The translations under genes were made by a program, and so were the position numbers. From an uncultured bacterium (GTDB lineage Bacteria; SAR324; NAC60-12): DNA of 64,000 nt. Within the stretch, counting starts at the first letter, position 1; each line of letters begins with the position of its first letter. Location of the stretch: contig CBFIJD010000005.1 in assembly GCA_965662845.1 (NCBI GenBank), positions 61,087 to 125,086 on the forward strand. The letters are read 5' to 3'. The notes beneath the pieces were generated by a model that was given only the letters and a program-made list of their open reading frames with translations, was not told the origin of the DNA and made no database searches. Shown here piece after piece: positions 57,854 to 64,000 of this stretch.

Positions 57854-59557
57854 ATGAACGGTGCACAGATCATTGTGGAAGGGTTGAAGCGAGAAGGTGT
57901 GAAGTACATCTTTGGCTATCCGGGGGGCGCCTGTATGCCCATTTTCGACGCGTTGCTAGACGCTCCAGAGCTGGACTTGGTGCTGGTGCGACACGAGCAA
58001 GGCGCGACACACATGGCAGACGGCTATGCGCGCGCAACCGGACAGACAGGCGTGGTGTTGGTGACCTCAGGCCCCGGTGCCACGAACACGGTGACCGGCT
58101 TGCTGACCGCTCAAATGGACTCTGTTCCGATGGTCGTGTTGACCGGGCAAACGATCACCCCCAATTTGGGGAAAGATGCGTTTCAGGAAGCCGACATCTT
58201 TGGGGTCACGATGCCGGTAGTGAAGCACAACTATCTGGTCAAGGACGTGAGGGACTTGCCTCGGATTATCAAGGAAGCCTTCTACCTTGCCAACAGCGGG
58301 CGCCCCGGCCCTGTGCTGGTTGATTTGCCCAAAGACGTGGTCTCGGCAGAATGCGAAGTCCTGTTCCCTGAGCAACTGGACTTGCCAGGCTATAAAGTCC
58401 CCCAGAAAGGAAAGACGGAAGATGTGATCCGAGCCGCTGACATCATTATGGAAGCCAAGCGGCCGCTGCTCTATGTCGGAGCTGGAGCCGTGATTGGGAA
58501 AGCCAGCAAGGAAGTGCTGCAGCTCGCTGAGAAGCTCCAAGCCCCAGTGACCACTACGCTGCTCGGCAAGGGCGCCTTCCCTGAGACCCACGAGCTGTCG
58601 GTTGGGATGCTCGGCATGCATGGCACGGCTTACGCGAACAAGACCGTGGTCGACTGCGACCTCATCATGGCAATTGGAGCCCGTTGGGATGACCGCATCA
58701 CCGGCAAGGTGAGTGAGTTTTGCCCCGACGCGAAGAAAGTGCACATTGACATCGACCCTGCTGAGTTTGGCAAGATCATTCAACCCGACGTCTCTATCAA
58801 CGGAGACGCGCGCTTGGTGCTTCAGGAACTGCTGCCTCACGTTCACAAACTCGACACCAAGCCATGGCTCAAGCAGATCGCGAGTTGGAAGCGCAAGTAT
58901 CCCTTGAAATACCCAAAGCGCGGCGGACTGCGCGCGCAATATGTGCTGGATGAGTTTGACCGGCTCACCAACTCAGAAGCGATCGTCAGCACCGACGTGG
59001 GACAGCATCAGATGTGGGCCGCGCAGTTCTGTAAGTCATCCCGCGAACGCCAGTGGCTCTCCAGCGGTGGCGCAGGAACAATGGGGTATGGCTTCCCCGC
59101 TGCGATTGGCGCTCAGCTTGGCTGTCCTAAAGACCTAGTGGTCGCCGTTGTGGGCGATGGCGGGTTCCAAATGACAATGGCTGAGCTATCCACGGCGGTG
59201 CTACAGAAAGTTCCCATCAAAATTTTGATCATTGATAACAAGTACTTGGGGATGGTGCGTCAGTGGCAGGAGCTGTTCTTCGATGAGCGCCTGAGTGGAG
59301 TGGACATGGAAGGAAACCCTGACTTTGTGAAGCTCGGGGAAGCCTATGGCGTGAAGGGCTTCCGCATCCGCAGAACGGGAGATGTGACCAAAGTTCTGGA
59401 AAAAGCCATCGCTTACAACGACGGGCCCTGCATCATCCACGCAGAGGTCGTCAAAGAAGACAACGTCTTCCCGATGATTCCAGCCGGGGCTGCGGTCAAA
59501 GACATGCTGATTGACAAGCCGGCAGAGAAACTCGAAAAGCCCACAGGCAGCACTTGA
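57854..59557 (+). CDS. ilvB: Acetolactate synthase large subunit
   Basis: FGYPGG, RHEQGA, TSGPGATN, GMHG, GDGGFQM and GMVRQWQ; start could be 57845. Confidence 0.96.
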   Translation: MNGAQIIVEGLKREGVKYIFGYPGGACMPIFDALLDAPELDLVLVRHEQGATHMADGYARATGQTGVVLVTSGPGATNTVTGLLTAQMDSVPMVVLTGQTITPNLGKDAFQEADIFGVTMPVVKHNYLVKDVRDLPRIIKEAFYLANSGRPGPVLVDLPKDVVSAECEVLFPEQLDLPGYKVPQKGKTEDVIRAADIIMEAKRPLLYVGAGAVIGKASKEVLQLAEKLQAPVTTTLLGKGAFPETHELSVGMLGMHGTAYANKTVVDCDLIMAIGARWDDRITGKVSEFCPDAKKVHIDIDPAEFGKIIQPDVSINGDARLVLQELLPHVHKLDTKPWLKQIASWKRKYPLKYPKRGGLRAQYVLDEFDRLTNSEAIVSTDVGQHQMWAAQFCKSSRERQWLSSGGAGTMGYGFPAAIGAQLGCPKDLVVAVVGDGGFQMTMAELSTAVLQKVPIKILIIDNKYLGMVRQWQELFFDERLSGVDMEGNPDFVKLGEAYGVKGFRIRRTGDVTKVLEKAIAYNDGPCIIHAEVVKEDNVFPMIPAGAAVKDMLIDKPAEKLEKPTGST

Positions 59558-59621
59558 TGCTCCGCACGACTCACCGGATCTCCACCTAACTTTGCACCGC
59601 TATCCTGCCCAAACGAACTGC

Positions 59622-60110
59622 ATGGAAAAATTCACGATTAGTATTTACGTCAACAACAAGCCGGGCGTGTTGATGCGTCTGCTGCAAACCTTCGCGCGCC
59701 GAGGCTACAACGTAGACTCCCTTGTTGTATCGGCTTCACACGATCCCAGCTTCTCGCGCATTACGACCGTTGTGCAGGGCGACCCTGAGAGCTTTGAGCA
59801 AATTTTGCGTCAACTCGACAAACTGGTGGACGTTGTGCACGCCATTCATCACCACCCTGATCAATCGGTGGAGCGTGAAATGGCGATTTTTAAGCTGCTG
59901 GTCAACTCCACGCAACGGCCAGAAGTGCTGCAAGTGGTCGACGTCTTTCGCAGCAAGATTATCGACATCACAGATCAGTCTGTCGTGGTCGAAGCCACCG
60001 GGAACTCCTCAAAAATTGACGCGATGGAGAAACTTTTCCAGACGATGGGGCTCTCAGAGATGGTGCGCTCCGGCAAGCTGGTCATGGCACGCGGCACCGA
60101 AAAAACCTGA
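59622..60110 (+). CDS. ilvN: Acetolactate synthase small subunit
   Basis: ACT domain NKPGVL.R...F.RRGYN.DSL; QL.KL.DV; E.VRSG. Confidence 0.95.
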   Translation: MEKFTISIYVNNKPGVLMRLLQTFARRGYNVDSLVVSASHDPSFSRITTVVQGDPESFEQILRQLDKLVDVVHAIHHHPDQSVEREMAIFKLLVNSTQRPEVLQVVDVFRSKIIDITDQSVVVEATGNSSKIDAMEKLFQTMGLSEMVRSGKLVMARGTEKT

Positions 60111-60113
60111 GCT

Positions 60114-61040
60114 ATGGACTTGCCAGCCCGGCTGGAAGCTGGCGCTGCGGTGGCGCTGATTGCGCCGGCGGCGCATCTGCCATTTGAACGAGAAGCGTGG
60201 CTCCCCCAAGTCGTGGAGATTCTGGAGCAGGACTGGGGACTGCGCGTTGTCCAGTCGGTGGATCTCACGCAAAAGCACCTCTACCTTGCCGGCTCTGACA
60301 GGGCCCGTGCGCAGGCTCTGCAAGTAGCTCTCGAAGATGCAAGCATCCGTGGAATCTTCGCCATCAGGGGAGGATATGGCGTGGCGCGGATGCTGCCGCA
60401 TCTTCAACCTTCCCGCTGGCATCACCAACCGAAGTGGGTCACCGGTTTTAGCGATTGCACGCTGCTCTTAGCGTTCGTTCAACGCCATACAGAGTGGCAA
60501 ACGGTCCACAGCCCTTGCCTAGTTTCCCCTCAATTTTTGCACGCGACAGCCGCTACCGAAAATCGCGACGCGCTACGAAACTTGCTCTTTCACCAGAGGT
60601 TGCCGCGTTATGCAGTCCAATTTTTGCAGGGCGGCACTGCGAGTGGGGTGCTGGCGGGCGGTTGCCTCTCAGTGATCGCTGCCGCGGTCGGCACTCCTTT
60701 CGCGTTGGACTTACGCGGGCGAATCCTCTTTCTGGAAGAGGTCCGTGAGGCTCCCTACCGCATTGACCGAATGTTGACACAACTCAAACAGTCTGGGGCT
60801 TTGCAAGGGGTTCGCGGCATTGTCTTTGGTGATCTACACGGTTGCGAGCCCGAAGCGCTGTTGTGGGAGGTCATTCATGACGTGCTCGGAGACCTGAGCA
60901 TTCCGATCGCCTACGGCCTGCCTTGTGGACACGGCGAACGCAACCTGCCACTGTTGCTGGGCGCGCCTGTGCAGCTGCAAACGGAACCGCCGCAACTTAC
61001 CTTTCACACTCTCTCTGCTGGCACGCATGAATTTACTTGA
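60114..61040 (+). CDS. ldcA: LD-carboxypeptidase (peptidase S66)
   Basis: RGGYG, GFSD.T (Ser), LEE..E.PY.IDRML.QL (Glu) and GH (His). Confidence 0.9.
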   Translation: MDLPARLEAGAAVALIAPAAHLPFEREAWLPQVVEILEQDWGLRVVQSVDLTQKHLYLAGSDRARAQALQVALEDASIRGIFAIRGGYGVARMLPHLQPSRWHHQPKWVTGFSDCTLLLAFVQRHTEWQTVHSPCLVSPQFLHATAATENRDALRNLLFHQRLPRYAVQFLQGGTASGVLAGGCLSVIAAAVGTPFALDLRGRILFLEEVREAPYRIDRMLTQLKQSGALQGVRGIVFGDLHGCEPEALLWEVIHDVLGDLSIPIAYGLPCGHGERNLPLLLGAPVQLQTEPPQLTFHTLSAGTHEFT

Positions 61041-61209
61041 GCAATTCAGCAATTGGTTTGTTGCGCTACCTGCGCTGGTCAGCCTGCCATCTTTAGGGCT
61101 CCTCTTGTTGGGAGGTTCGGTGCTAACGCTGCGGCAAGTCAAACGCGCCCGGCAGCTCCGCACATCGCGCAAGCAATTTCTCGCAGACCTTCGTCGCCAA
61201 CTGCCCTGA
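61027..61209 (+). CDS. Putative 60-aa single-TM protein
   Basis: MNLLEQFSNWFVALPALVSLPSLGLLLLGGSVLTLRQVKRAR...; TM helix then basic tail; bridges ldcA and the next gene. Confidence 0.5.
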   Translation: MNLLEQFSNWFVALPALVSLPSLGLLLLGGSVLTLRQVKRARQLRTSRKQFLADLRRQLP

Positions 61210-61229
61210 AACATCCTTCCTCCGCTTCT

Positions 61230-62969
61230 ATGCCTGCTTCTTTACAAGAGCGTCTCCAAGAGGTCGCGCTCCCGGTTGAAACGCGCCCCGTCCGAATTCT
61301 AGAGCCTGTGGGTGGCAAAGACTTCGGCACCACTGCGGTCATGCCTGATCTGCAAACCGTTATAGACTACGAAGAGAACGCCTGCCGCGTGACGTGGGGG
61401 TATTATCGGATGGTGGATCGACCAGCTCTTCACCAACTGCAACAGCAGCTCTCGACTTTGTTTGGCGTCCAACGCACGCTGTTGTTCAACTCGGCGGCGA
61501 CCGCTTTGCGTGAGGGCATCGACTTTTTGTTGACGCGGCGCCCCGATTTTCGGCTGTGCTGGCATCTTGAATCGCCGTTGCCGCGCTGGCTTGAAGCGTG
61601 GCAACTCTGCGAAGAAGATGACCCACATTTGCCCTGCCTGCACCTGGTTGAAGCGCCAACAGTCGATCAGCTGCCACAGCTGCGAGCCCAACACGGCGTT
61701 CGGACAATTGATTGGGTGATTTGGCACAGCAACACCTTGCCGGAGCAAGAGTTGCCCATTGGCGGTCATGAGTGGTGGGTCAGCGATTTAGACCTCTCCC
61801 AGCAGGTCGGGGGAGCGCTTTTAGGACAACACGTCGCCCTGCTAGACGAGCTGTTCGCCCTGCGCAAGAAGCGTGGACCGATCCTCTCCCTCCGCAACCT
61901 TGCGGCTTGGAGACAACAGCAACAGCTACCCGAAAACGCGCTCGCGATTCGTGAAGCGGTGCGCGAGAAGCTGCGCCATTGGGAGCAAGCGCGCGCGTGT
62001 TTTTTGTTCCCCTCCGGCATGAACGCGATGACGACCGCGCTGGAGCTGTGTCGTCGACGCTGCCGCAGTCACAAAGCGCCACGCTTTTTGGCAATCGGCC
62101 TGCTTTACACAGACACCTATGCGCTGCTGATGCAAGAGCGCTGGCGAGGAGGCTCAGGAGCACCGATCTTTCTGAACACAGACGAACTCGAGCGCCTGCC
62201 GCGTCTGCTCAAAGATGACTCCATCGCCGCAATCGTCACGGAGACCATCACGAACCCGCTCAGTGAAGTCCCCGATTTGCGGATTATCCACCGAGCCGCA
62301 GAAGACGTAGGAGTTCCAGTCGTTGTGGACAACACGCTCGCGGGGCCACTCAACGCACAGCCGCTAGTGTGGAAAGCCGACCTTGTTGTGCACAGCACCG
62401 CAAAGTATCTCAGTGGGAACAATCGACAAACCGGCGGGGCGCTCCTTGTGCGTGAAGCGGATTGGGAACAAGAAATCCAAGCCTTTCAAGAGGAGTGGCA
62501 GAATGAGATGTCTCCTTGGGAAGTCGTGGAGCTGGAGCATTGTTTGCGCACGTTCCCGCAAAGGATGCAGCGTTTCAATCGCAATGGAAAAGTCGTGGGG
62601 CAGTTTTTGGCGGCTCATCCTAAAGTGCAGCGTGTCCACTTCAATGGGCTCAAATCGCACCCACACTCCGGGCTCGCGCAGCGGCTCTTCCAGGGCTCGG
62701 GTAGCCTGATTAGCTTCATTTTGCGCAACGACTCGGCAGACGGACTCGCGCGGTTCTACAACGCAGATTTGAGGCCGATTCACAAGGCGCCCGGCCTTGG
62801 CTCGGATGAGACAATGTTGTGCCCGTATGCGTTGCTCGCGCATTATCACGCCAGCGAAGCAGAGCTGCGAGAGCTGCGGATCTCCCGCTATCTGGTGCGG
62901 TTGGCAGTTGGCTGCGAAGAAGACCTCACTCCGATTTTAGAGGCGCTAGAGCGCGGCCTCAACGCATGA
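61230..62969 (+). CDS. PLP-dependent Cys/Met metabolism enzyme, long cystathionine gamma-synthase-like (Str2-type)
   Basis: FPSGMNA, ET.TNP, VDNT, HSTAKYLSG (PLP Lys), CPY.LLAHY and RLAVG.E. Confidence 0.8.
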   Translation: MPASLQERLQEVALPVETRPVRILEPVGGKDFGTTAVMPDLQTVIDYEENACRVTWGYYRMVDRPALHQLQQQLSTLFGVQRTLLFNSAATALREGIDFLLTRRPDFRLCWHLESPLPRWLEAWQLCEEDDPHLPCLHLVEAPTVDQLPQLRAQHGVRTIDWVIWHSNTLPEQELPIGGHEWWVSDLDLSQQVGGALLGQHVALLDELFALRKKRGPILSLRNLAAWRQQQQLPENALAIREAVREKLRHWEQARACFLFPSGMNAMTTALELCRRRCRSHKAPRFLAIGLLYTDTYALLMQERWRGGSGAPIFLNTDELERLPRLLKDDSIAAIVTETITNPLSEVPDLRIIHRAAEDVGVPVVVDNTLAGPLNAQPLVWKADLVVHSTAKYLSGNNRQTGGALLVREADWEQEIQAFQEEWQNEMSPWEVVELEHCLRTFPQRMQRFNRNGKVVGQFLAAHPKVQRVHFNGLKSHPHSGLAQRLFQGSGSLISFILRNDSADGLARFYNADLRPIHKAPGLGSDETMLCPYALLAHYHASEAELRELRISRYLVRLAVGCEEDLTPILEALERGLNA

Positions 62970-63087
62970 CCGGCTGACCGCGACACAGATACCGGTTCCA
63001 TATCGTTCAGTATCTGTTGGAAGGATTGACTCGCCCACAGCAACACCCCGCTGCGTTCCAAGAACAAAGACGCGCATCAAGGCCGAC

Positions 63088-63174
63088 TCACCATCCCCAC
63101 CAGACCAACAAGGGCTTGCTCACAATCCAGAGCAGAGCGAGTAACCACAGTTGCCACGCAGGACCTGGAAACAT
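63088..63174 (-). CDS. Putative 28-aa Trp-rich membrane peptide
   Basis: MFPGPAWQLWLLALLWIVSKPLLVWWGW; the ATG lies 1 nt after the upstream stop. Confidence 0.4.
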   Translation of the reverse strand: MFPGPAWQLWLLALLWIVSKPLLVWWGW

Positions 63175-63175
63175 C

Positions 63176-63364
63176 TCAGGGCTCGTCTAACCACTTCCGC
63201 AGCTTCTTCAAGGTCTGTTCGGGATTCTCTCGCATCATCCGTAGCAGCTCTTCCTTAGGCCGGTGATCTTCCATCTGTGGGGCCAAGAGGCTCTCATCAT
63301 ACTCCAAGGGGCTCTTGGGCTTGATCAGCGGATTCAGCTGGGTCATGCGCTTGCGTTCGCTCAT
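63176..63364 (-). CDS. 62-aa protein resembling the FliF C-terminal FliG-binding peptide
   Basis: GAGGAG RBS; ends LLRMMRENPEQTLKKLRKWLDEP. Confidence 0.7.
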   Translation of the reverse strand: MSERKRMTQLNPLIKPKSPLEYDESLLAPQMEDHRPKEELLRMMRENPEQTLKKLRKWLDEP

Positions 63365-63473
63365 GTCTCCTCTCTAACACTTTGAATTTCTGGAGAATTT
63401 GTTTGCTGCTGTTGTAGCACAACTCTTCTAGCGATGTCGCTCTCAGAGCGCATTTCGGGAAACTTTTTGAGGC

Positions 63474-63489
63474 TGGCATGGAAAATGCG
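63474..63489 (+). promoter_or_regulatory. Putative sigma54 promoter
   Basis: TGGCATGGAAAATGCG, which is GG-N10-GC. Confidence 0.55.
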
Positions 63490-63597
63490 AATGTGGGAAC
63501 AACTCTTCAACAACGCTCGGAGGATGAGCGTTCTTATTTGAATTTCCTTCCGCAGGAGGTGGACGGTAATTACGAACATGTATCGTAGGAGTCAGCA

Positions 63598-63768
63598 ATG
63601 AACCACGAGTTGCTGCAATTTCAACAATTTTGCGCCTACATGCGGCGCGCTCGCCCCGAAGAGCCCAGCGCGGGCTTTTTGCTTGACGAGTGGAACCTAA
63701 TGCGCGACGGGCACCGCGAGTGGCTGAGCCCAGAGTCGCAAGCTTTCTTGTCTGGAAAAGCAAAGTAA
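63598..63768 (+). CDS. 56-aa hypothetical protein (missed by ORF track)
   Basis: AGGAG RBS 6 nt before ATG; MNHELLQFQQFCAYMRRARPEEPSAGFLLDEWNLMRDGHREWLSPESQAFLSGKAK. Confidence 0.65.
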   Translation: MNHELLQFQQFCAYMRRARPEEPSAGFLLDEWNLMRDGHREWLSPESQAFLSGKAK

Positions 63769-63857
63769 ACGAACAGGGAGCGTGCTTCGCTTCCCCCTTC
63801 GCCTGCTCTCTGTGACACGACCGGTGTCACTCGGACGGAGTGAGGAGGTGACCCCGA

Positions 63858-63953
63858 ATGAGTTGCGGCGGGCTGACCAACGAAGCTCGCGCCATGAGAA
63901 CGAAAACAGGATGCGCAGCGGCTTTAGCTGCTGAAGTTGCCGCCAGACACTGA
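63858..63953 (+). CDS. Putative 31-aa peptide
   Basis: AGGAGGTG Shine-Dalgarno 7 nt before ATG; MSCGGLTNEARAMRTKTGCAAALAAEVAARH. Confidence 0.35.
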   Translation: MSCGGLTNEARAMRTKTGCAAALAAEVAARH

Positions 63954-64000
63954 AATGGTTCCGATGAACAAGACACACGCTGAGGATGCAGGCTTCGTCT

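Noticed and set aside
62946..63077. Further 43-aa minus-strand ORF (MRVFVLGTQRG...) after the Trp-rich peptide
   Set aside because: No clear RBS, it overlaps the convergent gene end and has no recognisable features.
63600..63900. Possible RNase P RNA, tmRNA, T-box or c-di-GMP riboswitch
   Set aside because: The hallmark conserved strings (e.g. GAGGAAAGTCC, a full T-box, the GEMM motif) are absent on both strands; 63598-63768 is better explained by an ORF with an RBS.
63697..64000. Minus-strand frame open to the window end (93+ aa)
   Set aside because: Arg/Ser-rich shadow-like composition and it overlaps RBS-supported plus-strand ORFs. It cannot be fully excluded without flanking sequence.
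1..64000. Prophage, IS, integron, CRISPR-Cas or known defence island
   Set aside because: No integrase, transposase, cas or phage genes, repeat-spacer array or tRNA att site seen. The nucleotidyltransferase resembles class I cyclases rather than CBASS CD-NTases and has no recognisable Cap effector.

Overview
Bacterial chromosomal window that is gene-dense and mostly housekeeping. The gene repertoire suggests a deltaproteobacterium in the broad sense, possibly SAR324-like; this is inference only. Recognisable genes: ftsI (partial), ftsL, moaC, bpt/ate, a short ftsZ, deaD, a GT9 heptosyltransferase, carB, fliN, clpS-clpA, cysE, an atypical Hsp70, prc, hpt, uup, hrpA, argH, a DegT aminotransferase, typA, cryptochrome DASH, menF-menD, ilvB-ilvN, an LD-carboxypeptidase and a cystathionine gamma-synthase-like enzyme. 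I saw no rRNA, tRNA, CRISPR array, integrase or transposase. The most interesting signals are: (1) a tail-less FtsZ behind a sigma54-type promoter, heading an unusual ftsZ-bpt-moaC-ftsL-ftsI operon; (2) a 1245-aa divergent class I adenylate-cyclase-like nucleotidyltransferase with a ~280-aa insertion and a coupled unknown partner; (3) a microprotein cluster at 63.1-64.0 kb, largely missed by the ORF track, containing a stand-alone mimic of the FliF C-terminal FliG-binding peptide, a Trp-rich 28-aa membrane peptide and a sigma54/GGA-leader small gene; (4) two paralogous PAS proteins lacking kinase catalytic parts next to a CheX-like protein; (5) a frameshifted DHFR/RibD-family remnant. All family assignments come from motif recognition by eye; no database searches were run.
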